Positions 1 to 10,251 of a stretch of 60,272 bases of DNA are shown here, in pieces (within the stretch, counting starts at the first letter, position 1; each line of letters opens with the position of its first letter). Both the position numbers and the translations under genes were made by a program. Source of the stretch: Parcubacteria group bacterium GW2011_GWA2_36_10 (GTDB lineage: Bacteria > Patescibacteriota > Patescibacteriia > UBA1558 > GWA2-36-10); the NCBI GenBank assembly GCA_000991205.1, contig LBRC01000004.1, forward strand, positions 1 to 60,272. The letters are read 5' to 3'. Under the pieces are notes generated by a model. It was not told where the DNA came from. It searched no databases and saw nothing but the letters and a program-made list of their open reading frames with translations.

Positions 1-492
1 TATAAAGGCAAAGATATTTCCGAAGTTTTACAAATGACGGTCGAAGAAGCGACGAATTTTTTTGCTAATATCCCCAATATTCATAATAAACTAAAAACTT
101 TAGTGGATGTTGGTTTGGGATATGCTGCCCTAGGTCAGTCAGCTACGACTTTGTCTGGCGGTGAAGCCCAACGTATCAAACTAGCCACTGAACTGTCTCG
201 CCGGGCTTCAGGCAAAACTTTATATATTTTAGACGAGCCAACTACTGGCTTGCACTTTGCTGATGTCAAAAGATTGTTAGACGTTTTACAGCGTTTAGTC
301 GACAAGGGCAATACTGTTTTGGTGATTGAGCATAATCTCGATGTGATCAAGAGTTCGGACTGGGTAATAGACCTAGGTCCTGAAGGTGGCGATAAAGGGG
401 GCTATTTAGTGGCTGAGGGTACGCCAAAAGAGGTGGCGAAAGTGAAAAATAGCTTTACTGGCCAGTATCTCGCTAAAATGTTTAAAAAATAG
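1..492 (+). CDS. uvrA: UvrA (excinuclease ABC subunit A), C-terminal fragment; 5' end lies outside the window
   Basis: Frame 1 is open from nt 1. It carries the ABC signature [15 protein letters not shown], Walker [13 protein letters not shown] and the UvrA tail [13 protein letters not shown]...TGQYL. Confidence 0.9.
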   Translation, partial: YKGKDISEVLQMTVEEATNFFANIPNIHNKLKTLVDVGLGYAALGQSATTLSGGEAQRIKLATELSRRASGKTLYILDEPTTGLHFADVKRLLDVLQRLVDKGNTVLVIEHNLDVIKSSDWVIDLGPEGGDKGGYLVAEGTPKEVAKVKNSFTGQYLAKMFKK

Positions 493-507
493 TAAACTAT
501 AGGGGCT

Positions 508-1473
508 ATGGTGAGTGCTTTAGAACAATCCATTTTAAAGACAATTTCTTTTTTTGATGTCTTTAACCAACCCTTAACGGCCGAAGAAATTTGGAAGTGG
601 CTTTATCGACCAAATCAAAAGTTTTCTTTACTAGAAGTCAAAGTTGCTTTAGAGACTAGCCCGGTTTTACTCAAAAATTTAGTTTTAAATGAAGCTTTTT
701 ATAGCCTAAAAGATAGAGGTTATAACTATCTGATTCGCAAGCATCACAATGATTTGTCCGAGCGTAAATTTGCTAAAGTTTCAAAGCTTTTGAGGATTTA
801 CAAATACTTGCCTTTTATCAAGCTGATTGCTATTTGTAATTCTTTATCTTTTTCTAATGCCAGCGAAGAAAGTGACATCGATCTCTTTATCATCACGGAA
901 AAAAAGAAAATCTGGCTCGCCAGATTTTTTACCATTTTGATTGTCAAAATTTTAGGCTTAAGACCAAGTTTAGACAAGCATCGTGATACTTTTTGTTTGA
1001 GTTTTTTTATTAGTGAAGACAGCTTGAGTATTGAAAATATTTTATTTAGTATTCATGACATTTATACACCGTATTGGGTAGCGCAGCTATTGCCGGTTTA
1101 TGATCGGGATCAAACTTATCAGAAGTTTCTGGAGGCCAATGTTTGGGTGAAAAAATATCTACCAAATACTTATGCTAATGATTTTTGTCAGACGGTCAAG
1201 ATTAATTGGTTGACGAAAATTGTTCGTCAGATTTTAAACTTTTTATTTTCGCCACCATGGTTGAATTATTATCTAGACAATTTTTATCGCCAAATACAAA
1301 GTCGTATTATTGCTCATAATTTAAGGGAATTAATCAATGTCGATACCAAAATCATTGTCAATGAACAGATGTTAAAGTTTCATGTCAATGATCGACGAGA
1401 ATTATTTTATAAAAAATGGCGAGAGCGCATACATAATTTATATTTAGGACAAGACGATGAAGAACTTATTTAA
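508..1473 (+). CDS. Hypothetical protein with a Pol-beta-type nucleotidyltransferase-like motif
   Basis: 321-aa ORF starting 15 nt after the uvrA stop. NSLSFSNASEESDIDLFIIT resembles the GS...DxD minimal nucleotidyltransferase motif. Nothing else was recognised. Confidence 0.55.
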   Translation: MVSALEQSILKTISFFDVFNQPLTAEEIWKWLYRPNQKFSLLEVKVALETSPVLLKNLVLNEAFYSLKDRGYNYLIRKHHNDLSERKFAKVSKLLRIYKYLPFIKLIAICNSLSFSNASEESDIDLFIITEKKKIWLARFFTILIVKILGLRPSLDKHRDTFCLSFFISEDSLSIENILFSIHDIYTPYWVAQLLPVYDRDQTYQKFLEANVWVKKYLPNTYANDFCQTVKINWLTKIVRQILNFLFSPPWLNYYLDNFYRQIQSRIIAHNLRELINVDTKIIVNEQMLKFHVNDRRELFYKKWRERIHNLYLGQDDEELI

Positions 1474-2800
1474 AGCAGATTTTATTTTTAATAGCTTGGC
1501 TTTTATTTTATTGCTAATTTTACCTTGGCAAACTCGTTGGATTTTTCAGAGCATTAAAATAGCGGATCAAACTTGGGAGTATGGCCAATTAGGACTTTAT
1601 GCTAGCATGATCTTGCTTATTATTTTGTTAGCTTTATATTTTGCTAATAAAGCCAAGAATACCAGTTGTCATCCCCGCGTAGACGGGGAGGGGGTACTTG
1701 TATTATTTATTTTGTATTTAATTATTCTAGCATTTTTTAGTCCTTTAAGCACTTTAAGTTTTTATTATCTAGGCATGCTTATTTTAGCTTCACTATCCAT
1801 TTTAGTTTGGCAAAAAATAAAACCCGCAGTCTTTTATGCTGGCTTATTAGCGAGTGGTGCTGTGCAGGGAGTTTTTGTCTGGTATCAGATGTTGATGCAG
1901 ACTAGCCCAGCTAATAAATGGTTTGGTTTAGCTACTCACTCGGCGGCTGACCTAGGTACTTCAGTGGTACAATATGATTTAAATAGGATGTTAAGAGCCT
2001 ATGGTTCTTTGCCACATCCAAATATTTTAGGTGGTTTTTTACTTTTTAGTTTATGGGCTGGTATTTGGTGGTGGCTACATTTGTATAGTGAAAGCAAAGA
2101 GGAGAGTTGGCAAATCAGTAAAATAAAAAAACACCTTTGGCCTTTAGTAGTTGTTTTAGTCAGCCTTATTTTAGTTTTATTTGCCTTATTTTTTACTTTT
2201 TCTCGTTCAGCTGCTTTAGCTTGGTTTGTGAGCTTAGCTGTTTTAATCTTTATAGCAATTTTTAGGAAAAAGTTTTTAGCTTTGCAGATTTTTACTAAAG
2301 CCTTTTTATTAAGTATCGCAGTTTTGTTAGCAGTTAATTTTTTATTTCCCGGTGCCTGGGTGACACGCTTAAAAGCGCAAGGTGATTTAGAAGCGAGGTC
2401 TTTGGCAGAAAGACAATTATCTTTTCAGCAAATTGATTGGCATAATTATCAACAATTAATATTAGGCCAGGGTTTAGGTGCTAATACCTATCTCGCTTAT
2501 CAAAAAAATAATTTAGGCGAACAAAAATTGCCACCTTATGTTGTCCAGCCAATTCATAATTTTTATTTATTAGTCTTAGCCGAAAGTGGCATTATCACTT
2601 GTTTGTTTTTATTATATTTTTTGTTTAGCGCTTGGCGCAAAAAATTATTTCAAAAACCAAACTTGATTTCTTTGGGTTTATTAATTTCTGTTTTGCTAGT
2701 AAGTTTACTAGATCATTATCTTTGGACCACTTGGACAGGAATTTTATTGCTATTTATTACTTTAAGTCTGTTTATTCACCCCGTTAGATATATAGAGTAA
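1457..2800 (+). CDS. Polytopic membrane protein, O-antigen ligase (Wzy_C)-like
   Basis: 447 aa with many hydrophobic segments and a TFSRSAALAW-type core. It overlaps the upstream ORF by 17 nt. It contains the in-frame GC palindrome 1673-1688, and its last codons (HPVRYIE-stop) lie in the palindromic element 2778-2829. Confidence 0.6.
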   Translation: MKNLFKADFIFNSLAFILLLILPWQTRWIFQSIKIADQTWEYGQLGLYASMILLIILLALYFANKAKNTSCHPRVDGEGVLVLFILYLIILAFFSPLSTLSFYYLGMLILASLSILVWQKIKPAVFYAGLLASGAVQGVFVWYQMLMQTSPANKWFGLATHSAADLGTSVVQYDLNRMLRAYGSLPHPNILGGFLLFSLWAGIWWWLHLYSESKEESWQISKIKKHLWPLVVVLVSLILVLFALFFTFSRSAALAWFVSLAVLIFIAIFRKKFLALQIFTKAFLLSIAVLLAVNFLFPGAWVTRLKAQGDLEARSLAERQLSFQQIDWHNYQQLILGQGLGANTYLAYQKNNLGEQKLPPYVVQPIHNFYLLVLAESGIITCLFLLYFLFSAWRKKLFQKPNLISLGLLISVLLVSLLDHYLWTTWTGILLLFITLSLFIHPVRYIE

Positions 2801-2829
2801 TCATTTTTTTGTTAATTATCTAACGGGGT
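2778..2829. repeat. Palindromic element, copy 1 (CACCCCGTTAGATA ... TATCTAACGGGGT)
   Basis: 13-bp arms at 2780-2792 and 2817-2829 around an AT-rich loop. The same arms recur at 11894-11948. The left arm supplies the last codons and stop region of ORF 1457..2800. Confidence 0.8.
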
Positions 2830-2847
2830 AAAAAAGAGGAGTAATTC

Positions 2848-2876
2848 TTGACAAAAGCTTTTTAGCACTCTATAAT
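2848..2876 (+). promoter_or_regulatory. Sigma70-type promoter of groES-groEL
   Basis: TTGACA (2848-2853), exact 17-nt spacer, TATAAT (2871-2876). Confidence 0.8.
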
Positions 2877-2888
2877 GTAGAGTGCTAA
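2862..2888 (+). promoter_or_regulatory. CIRCE operator (HrcA binding site)
   Basis: TTAGCACTC-N9-GAGTGCTAA is a perfect match to the CIRCE consensus. It overlaps the -10 box upstream of groES. Confidence 0.9.
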
Positions 2889-2912
2889 TTTAATCATTAA
2901 ATTGAAAAACAT

Positions 2913-3188
2913 ATGAATCTAAAACCATTAGGAGATCGTGTGATCATCAAAGTTTTACCAAAACAAGAAACTACTAAGTCTGGTATTATTTTACCAGAGT
3001 CAGTTACTAAAGAAAATCGCCTTGAAGGAGAAATTGTCTCACTGGGTCAAGGTGAAAAAATCAAGGCTTTAAATTTAAATGTTGGCCAAAAAGTTATTTG
3101 CGCTGAATATGGTGGTACAGAAATAAAAGTAGATGGACAAGAATATAAAATTTTGAATCACGAAGATTTATTAGCTGTCGCTACATAA
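2913..3188 (+). CDS. groES: Co-chaperonin GroES
   Basis: 91 aa. The N-terminus LKPLGDRVIIK and mobile loop ETTKSGIILPES are typical Cpn10 features. It lies directly upstream of groEL. Confidence 0.95.
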   Translation: MNLKPLGDRVIIKVLPKQETTKSGIILPESVTKENRLEGEIVSLGQGEKIKALNLNVGQKVICAEYGGTEIKVDGQEYKILNHEDLLAVAT

Positions 3189-3260
3189 ATCAGTTCGCAA
3201 GTTGACAAGTTATCAAGTGTATTAGATAACTTGTGACTTGTAAACTTTTTTAACTTTTAA

Positions 3261-4802
<1,542 letters not shown>

Positions 4803-4815
4803 AAAATATAATAAA

Positions 4816-4853
4816 ATGACCTCGAAGGTTTAAAAACCTTCGAGGTCATTTTT
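4816..4853 (+). terminator. Rho-independent terminator after groEL
   Basis: 15-bp stem ATGACCTCGAAGGTT / AACCTTCGAGGTCAT with a 4-nt loop, followed by TTTT. The GACCTCGAAGGT core recurs at 21510 and 29108. Confidence 0.85.
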
Positions 4854-4894
4854 GTTGGCATAAATACGATAAATATTGTATAATACAGTCATCT

Positions 4895-5680
4895 ATGAAG
4901 CATGATAATAAAAATAAAATCAATTTTGATCAAGTCGAAGAATTAGATTGGCAAGCTAATGAAAATTATCCTTGGGAATACGAAGTCAAGGATGAAGTTT
5001 GGTTAGCTGATTTGTCTAAAATTGCTAAACCTCAAAAAATAAAAAAAACTTTAGTAAAGCCAGAGATCAAAGTTTCAGTCAGTGAGCAAATTATTTCTGA
5101 TCCGCAAAATATAGATGAAAAAGCAGCCGAAGAAAAAATCACGGTCGTCGATACAGAACTAAAATTTACGCCTGATCAAGAAAGTGAAATATTTGAGCCA
5201 GCTGAAACTGTAGTTTCGGCTATTAGCGATCAATGGTTTGAAGAGCAGAAACAGACCGCCCAGAGGGCGACCGCCTCGCGGGCGGAAAAAGTTAGTTTTG
5301 ATTGGTCAGATAATTTTTCTTGGGTTTTTGCGAGCTTAGTTTTATTTGTTTTTGTCTTAGCTGGTGAAATTGCCTTGCATTTTGTTAGTCAACATTGGTA
5401 TTGGTCAGCGACTTACTTATTATTATCTCTATGGCTTTGGCGCATAGCAGTTTTAGTTGGCTGGTTTTATTTAGGCGCTAGACGTTGGTTTTTGGCGACT
5501 GAACAAATTATGATTACCGCTGTCCTGGGTCAATTAGTCGCAGTTTTTGCTTCTGGCATTTATCGTATTTTTGTCATTCACAGTTTATGGACTTGGCTAA
5601 GTCTAGTAGTGGAGCCGATTTGGATGTTACTTATTATCGCTGTCGCTGGCAGTTTATTTGTCAAAATAATTAATAAATAA
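4895..5680 (+). CDS. Hypothetical membrane protein (acidic N-terminal half, 4-5 TM C-terminal half)
   Basis: 261-aa ORF with no recognisable family. Two in-frame GC mini-hairpins at 5257-5285 encode TAQRATASRAE. Confidence 0.6.
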   Translation: MKHDNKNKINFDQVEELDWQANENYPWEYEVKDEVWLADLSKIAKPQKIKKTLVKPEIKVSVSEQIISDPQNIDEKAAEEKITVVDTELKFTPDQESEIFEPAETVVSAISDQWFEEQKQTAQRATASRAEKVSFDWSDNFSWVFASLVLFVFVLAGEIALHFVSQHWYWSATYLLLSLWLWRIAVLVGWFYLGARRWFLATEQIMITAVLGQLVAVFASGIYRIFVIHSLWTWLSLVVEPIWMLLIIAVAGSLFVKIINK

Positions 5681-5698
5681 ATTTTAGAAGTAATATTT

Positions 5699-5717
5699 CT
5701 TCCGCCTACGGCGGAAG
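5699..5717. repeat. GC hairpin CTTCCGCC-TAC-GGCGGAAG (possible terminator)
   Basis: 8-bp perfect stem 19 nt after the stop at 5680. There is no clear T-run. Confidence 0.45.
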
Positions 5718-5743
5718 AATAATGCAAGGTTAAAAGAAATTAT

Positions 5744-6058
5744 ATGAGTTTAGAAAAAAATCAGCGTGATATTGATAGCAATCGTTTTGTAGCGGCACTG
5801 TCATATATTTGGATTTTATGTTTGGTGCCTTTATTTTTAAAGCGCCGTTCACATTTTGCTCAATTTCATGCCAAACAAGGTTTGCTATTATTTGTGATTG
5901 AAATCATTGGTTGGATTATTTTTTGGATCCCAATTATTGGCTGGGCTTTATTTATCATGGTGATTCTTTATTCAGTTCTGGGAGCACAGAAAGCTATGGC
6001 TGGTGAATATTGGGTGATGCCGATTTTAGGCAAATATGTGAGTAAACTAGATTTATAA
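5744..6058 (+). CDS. Small membrane protein, DUF4870-like
   Basis: 104 aa with three hydrophobic segments and a HAKQGL motif, as seen in DUF4870/Tic20-like small membrane proteins. Confidence 0.55.
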   Translation: MSLEKNQRDIDSNRFVAALSYIWILCLVPLFLKRRSHFAQFHAKQGLLLFVIEIIGWIIFWIPIIGWALFIMVILYSVLGAQKAMAGEYWVMPILGKYVSKLDL

Positions 6059-6087
6059 ATTTTTAATATTAAAATTAAAAGATTTTT

Positions 6088-8496
6088 ATGCAAGCCAAGA
6101 AAAATAAGTTTATTTTGTGGTTCAAAGACACTACTATCAAAGATATCCCTAGAGTAGGTGGTAAGAATGCTTCGTTAGGAGAAATGTATAGTAAGTTAAC
6201 CAGTAAGGGAGTGGATGTGCCGAATGGTTTTTCGGTGACAGCGGCTGCTTATAATTATTTTTTAAAAACCGCCGGTATCAAAGATGATATCGAGAGAATT
6301 TTAGTAGATTTAGATACTAATAGTATTAAAAATTTATCGGAACGTGGGGCAAAAGTAAGAGCCACTATTTTGAATGCTAAATTTCCTGAAGATTTAAAGA
6401 AAGCAATTTTAGAAGCCTATCATCAACTTTCTAAACAATATAAAACTAATTTTACAGATGTGGCTATTCGCTCTTCAGCCACCGCTGAAGATTTGCCCGA
6501 TGCTTCTTTTGCTGGACAACAAGAGTCGTATTTACATATCAAAGGTGACGCCCAAGTTTTAGAAGCTTGTAAAAAATGTGTAGCGTCTTTATTTACTGAT
6601 CGGGCTATTTCTTATCGAGTGGATAAAAAATTTAGTCATTTTGATATTCAGCTTTCGATCACTGTCCAAAAAATGGTCAGATCAGATAAGGCCTGCTCTG
6701 GTGTGATGTTTTCTATCGATACTGAGTCAGGTTTTCGCCAAGCAGTTTTGATCAATGCTGCTTATGGCTTGGGCGACTATATTGTGCAAGGCGTAGTGAC
6801 GCCAGACGAGTATTATGTTTTTAAAACAAATTTAAAACCAGGTTTAGTCCCGATTATTAGTAAAAATCTTGGCGCTAAACTAAAAAAATTAGTTTATAAT
6901 ACAGAAAGTTCTGGTCCAAATATCAAAGGCATGGCGACTACTCCAGAAGAGCGTGGTCAATACGTTCTGACTGATCAAGAAATTTTAAAATTAGCCAGAT
7001 GGGCGGTACAGATCGAAGCGCACTATAAAAAACCCATGGACATGGAGTGGGCTAAAGATGGCGTTACAGGCAAATTATTTATCGTCCAAGCTAGACCAGA
7101 AACTGTCCGTAGTCGTGATAATGCTAATATTTTGGAAGAGTATATTTTGCAAGGCAAAGGTAAATTATTATCCACCGGTGCTTCAGTTGGAGCAAAAATC
7201 GGTAAAGGTAAAGTACATGTGATTGAAAATGTGGCTAATATCGGACAGTTTTTACAGGGTGAAGTATTAGTGACCGAGATGACTGACCCAGACTGGGAGC
7301 CGATCATGAAAAAAGCTTCAGCTATTGTCACCAACTCTGGTGGTCGTACTTGTCATGCAGCTATTATTTCTCGTGAGCTCGGCATCCCTTGTGTCGTCGG
7401 CACCAAAGATGGCACTAAGACTATTAAGAACGGTATCAGCGCAACTGTCAGTTGCGCTGAAGGCGAAAAAGGACATGTCTATGAAGGCCTGTTAGTTTTT
7501 AAAATCAAAAAAACTGACTTGAAGAAAATACCAAAGCCAAAAACCAAGATCATGATGAATATTGGTAATCCGGAAATGGCTATGGCGCAAAGTTTTATCC
7601 CAAATGAAGGTGTGGGCTTGGCGCGTGAAGAATTTGTGATTTCAAATTATATTCGCATTCATCCTTTAGCACTATTAAATTTTAATAAACTAAAAGATGA
7701 AAAATTAAAAAAACAAATTGCCAGTCTTACTACTACACACGAGAATAAAGCACAATTTTTTGTGGATAAATTAGCCGAAGGTATAGCGCGCATTGCCGCT
7801 GCTTTTTACCCTAAAGATGTGATCGTCAGATTGTCAGATTTTAAATCAAATGAATATGCCGGTTTAATCGGTGGCAAAGGCTTTGAGCCCATTGAATCAA
7901 ACCCGATGATTGGCTGGCGTGGAGCAAGCCGCTACTATGATCCAAACTACATTGCTGCTTTTAAACTAGAGTGCAGAGCTTTAGTCAAAGTGCGCAAAGT
8001 CATGGGTTTGACTAATGTCAAAGTGATGATTCCTTTTTGTCGCACCGTAGAGGAAGCTAAAAAAGTTTTGGCCATCATGAGAGATTTTGGCTTAGAACGA
8101 GGTAAAGATAATTTAGAAGTTTATGTAATGTGTGAGATTCCTTCTAATGTTATTTTAGCTGACGATTTTTCTAAAATTTTTGATGGCTTTTCTATCGGCT
8201 CCAATGACTTGACCCAGCTTACTTTAGGAGTAGATAGAGATAGTGAATTAGTTTCACATGTTTATGATGAAAAAAATATGGCGGTTAAAACTTTGATTGC
8301 AGAAGTGATTAAGAAGGCCAAAAAGAATAAACGGAAGATCGGCATTTGTGGTCAAGCACCATCTGACTTTCCAGATTTTGCCCAGTTTTTAGTTGAGCAG
8401 GGTATAGATTCCATTTCTTTAAATCCGGATACCGTCATTAAGACTATGATCGCTATCAATGAAACAGAAAAGAAATTAAAACGTAAAAAGAAATAG
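6088..8496 (+). CDS. ppsA: Phosphoenolpyruvate synthase (pyruvate, water dikinase)
   Basis: 802 aa. N-terminal PPDK_N-like ATP-grasp, swivelling phospho-His motif GGRTCHAAIISRELGIPCVVG, and a C-terminal PEP-utilising TIM barrel (GSNDLTQLTLG). Confidence 0.9.
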   Translation: MQAKKNKFILWFKDTTIKDIPRVGGKNASLGEMYSKLTSKGVDVPNGFSVTAAAYNYFLKTAGIKDDIERILVDLDTNSIKNLSERGAKVRATILNAKFPEDLKKAILEAYHQLSKQYKTNFTDVAIRSSATAEDLPDASFAGQQESYLHIKGDAQVLEACKKCVASLFTDRAISYRVDKKFSHFDIQLSITVQKMVRSDKACSGVMFSIDTESGFRQAVLINAAYGLGDYIVQGVVTPDEYYVFKTNLKPGLVPIISKNLGAKLKKLVYNTESSGPNIKGMATTPEERGQYVLTDQEILKLARWAVQIEAHYKKPMDMEWAKDGVTGKLFIVQARPETVRSRDNANILEEYILQGKGKLLSTGASVGAKIGKGKVHVIENVANIGQFLQGEVLVTEMTDPDWEPIMKKASAIVTNSGGRTCHAAIISRELGIPCVVGTKDGTKTIKNGISATVSCAEGEKGHVYEGLLVFKIKKTDLKKIPKPKTKIMMNIGNPEMAMAQSFIPNEGVGLAREEFVISNYIRIHPLALLNFNKLKDEKLKKQIASLTTTHENKAQFFVDKLAEGIARIAAAFYPKDVIVRLSDFKSNEYAGLIGGKGFEPIESNPMIGWRGASRYYDPNYIAAFKLECRALVKVRKVMGLTNVKVMIPFCRTVEEAKKVLAIMRDFGLERGKDNLEVYVMCEIPSNVILADDFSKIFDGFSIGSNDLTQLTLGVDRDSELVSHVYDEKNMAVKTLIAEVIKKAKKNKRKIGICGQAPSDFPDFAQFLVEQGIDSISLNPDTVIKTMIAINETEKKLKRKKK

Positions 8497-8602
8497 ACAT
8501 TGACTAAACTCTTTTTTAGTGATTTAATAATATTTGTCACTCTATTGCTAGCAACTTTCCTAAGGTAGGAAAGTGCCTTATACACAATCAGAGAGGTTCC
8601 TT

Positions 8603-8917
8603 ATGTCGGCAACTATTCGTGCATCTCTGCGCCATCATTTTCAACGGCGCCTGCATCCGAGTATTCAGCAAAACGGTGAGATCTTCACGGTGAAGATCGA
8701 GGTGGATCGTCTGCGTCTTCCCAAGCAGAGCGTGGCCGAAGCGCAACACAAACACAAGTGTTGCATCTTCGATAGCACTCACCTGACCATGGAAGGCACA
8801 CACGAGGATCTTTCTGCGTGCATCGTTTTTCTCGCTGAAAACGAAGAGAATCCCTTGAGGCAAGCCGGTGCTCGTGATGGACGTGGCAGGGTGCCGAAGT
8901 CCGCTGTGCTTCGTTAA
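8603..8917 (+). CDS. Orphan 104-aa protein in a GC3-rich cassette (A1)
   Basis: ATG at 8603 lies 6 nt after GAGAGG (the ORF track starts it at 8573). Codon usage is unlike the flanks (ctg, cgc, gtg, gcc). A hairpin terminator follows at 8938-8969. No family was recognised. Confidence 0.55.
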   Translation: MSATIRASLRHHFQRRLHPSIQQNGEIFTVKIEVDRLRLPKQSVAEAQHKHKCCIFDSTHLTMEGTHEDLSACIVFLAENEENPLRQAGARDGRGRVPKSAVLR

Positions 8918-8937
8918 GCACAACAAGTACATTCTCG

Positions 8938-8969
8938 CCCCCAGTCGCAATCGCGGCCGGGGGCTTTTC
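8938..8969 (+). terminator. Rho-independent terminator after A1
   Basis: GCCCCC...GGGGGC stem followed by TTTT. Confidence 0.6.
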
Positions 8970-9057
8970 ATTTTGTTGACTGAAAATCTTTTTTCTGCCA
9001 AAATGAATATTTGCTGAACCTTTTCATTGTGTGTGCAAAAACAAAAGGGAGCCTGAC

Positions 9058-9423
9058 ATGTCTTCACCCGATGCCTGCGAAAGCTTGCGGCAAGCTATCG
9101 TCAAAAAACTTGGCCACAGGGGGGCAAAGATTTTCTTTGGCGTTAGTTTGACCACCGTAGGCAAGCAAGATGCTTTTAGCTTGCGTATACCTAGACAATC
9201 TTTGCGCTTAGTAGAAAGTGATATAGCCAAAATACCCAAGGAAGCCGGCATGGTCATTGGCCATGGTAGCCGTGATAATTTACGTATCGCCGGTACTATC
9301 AGTGGCATCTTGGCGGCCGTGGATTTTTTACTGGAGCATGGTCATTTGCTCTTGCTACCAGCTACAGAGCCGAAGCCACGTGTTCAGAAAAAGCACGATC
9401 CTAAGCAGTTGAAAGCTCTCTAG
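9058..9423 (+). CDS. Orphan 121-aa protein in a GC-enriched cassette (A2)
   Basis: ATG at 9058 lies 6 nt after AAGGGAG (the ORF track starts it at 9031). A terminator follows at 9433-9464. Composition is intermediate between A1 and the backbone. No family was recognised. Confidence 0.55.
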   Translation: MSSPDACESLRQAIVKKLGHRGAKIFFGVSLTTVGKQDAFSLRIPRQSLRLVESDIAKIPKEAGMVIGHGSRDNLRIAGTISGILAAVDFLLEHGHLLLLPATEPKPRVQKKHDPKQLKAL

Positions 9424-9432
9424 CACATCACG

Positions 9433-9464
9433 CCCCTGGCTGCATCCGCGGTCAGGGGTTTTTT
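9433..9464 (+). terminator. Rho-independent terminator after A2
   Basis: CCCCTGGC...GGTCAGGGG stem followed by TTTTTT. Confidence 0.65.
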
Positions 9465-9470
9465 ACTGGA

Positions 9471-9499
9471 TTGACTTTTTAGCGATAAAAAATTATAAT
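9471..9499 (+). promoter_or_regulatory. Sigma70-type promoter of tRNA-Ser
   Basis: TTGACT, 17-nt spacer, TATAAT, ending 12 nt before the tRNA 5' end. Confidence 0.75.
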
Positions 9500-9511
9500 T
9501 CAGCTCGTTAT

Positions 9512-9601
9512 GGAGAGGTCGCATAGTGGTCTAGTGCGCTTGCTTGGAAAGCAAGTAGGGTGTCAAAGCCCTCGCAGGTTCGACTCCTGTCCTCTCCGCC
9601 A
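9512..9601 (+). tRNA. tRNA-Ser (anticodon GGA), CCA encoded
   Basis: Acceptor GGAGAGG/CCTCTCC, anticodon arm CTTGC-TTGGAAA-GCAAG, long variable arm, T-loop GGTTCGA. Confidence 0.9.
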
Positions 9602-9708
9602 GCTCTTGACTTTTTCTTTTTTTTATTTTAGTGTATAATACATTCGTTAAAAATTAATTAACTAATACAAGCGATCTTTTATGAAGTAGCTTAAGTAGAT
9701 AAAAAGAA

Positions 9709-10101
9709 ATGGAACAAACTAACACTTGTAATTTCGGTGAACATTTGACTATCGATGGTTATCAAGGTAGCGAAGAAAAATTAAATAACCAAGCTTTAGT
9801 TCTAAATTGTTTGAACGAATTACCCAGCTTACTTGGTATGCACCATTTAGCTGCGCCGGAGGTTTATTTTGCCAAAGGCAATGATTTAAAAGACCCTGGG
9901 GGTTGGAGTGGCTTCGTGGTGATCGAAGAAAGCCACATTAGTATTCACACTTTTCCAGCCAAGCATTTTGTGAGCATCGATGCTTACACTTGTCGTAATG
10001 GCATGGATTGTGATTTCATTGTTAACTACTTTAAAAAAGTCTTTGACTTAAAAGAAGTGGAAACTAATTTTATTAAACGCGGTACGCATTTTCCGCTATA
10101 A
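9709..10101 (+). CDS. speD: S-adenosylmethionine decarboxylase proenzyme (small pyruvoyl type)
   Basis: 130 aa. VIEESHISIHTFP contains the E-S self-cleavage site typical of the small bacterial/archaeal AdoMetDC family. Confidence 0.8.
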   Translation: MEQTNTCNFGEHLTIDGYQGSEEKLNNQALVLNCLNELPSLLGMHHLAAPEVYFAKGNDLKDPGGWSGFVVIEESHISIHTFPAKHFVSIDAYTCRNGMDCDFIVNYFKKVFDLKEVETNFIKRGTHFPL

Positions 10102-10197
10102 AATAAAGACAAATTAAAACACCCCCCCAAGGGGGTGTTTTAATTTTGTAAATTTTGCTATGATATAATTAAATTTCACATTATTTCTTCAGGCGAG

Positions 10198-10214
10198 CCC
10201 CGCCGAAGGCGGGG
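10198..10214. repeat. GC palindrome CCCCGCC-GAA-GGCGGGG, copy 1
   Basis: An identical 17-mer recurs at 20148-20164. Confidence 0.85.
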
Positions 10215-10251
10215 CTTTACTAAAGTTTATGATATTGAAAAAAATAAAAAT

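Noticed and set aside
8588-9308. Minus-strand ORFs 8588..9067, 8685..8921 and 9024..9308, opposite cassettes A1 and A2.
   Set aside because: They run through the plus-strand terminator and promoter elements and lack an RBS. They are GC-rich shadow frames.
8499-9476. 7-bp direct repeat ATTGACT at 8499-8505 and 9470-9476, a possible target-site duplication for island A.
   Set aside because: Both copies are simply A plus the TTGACT -35 hexamer of promoters, so the match is explained by promoter consensus.
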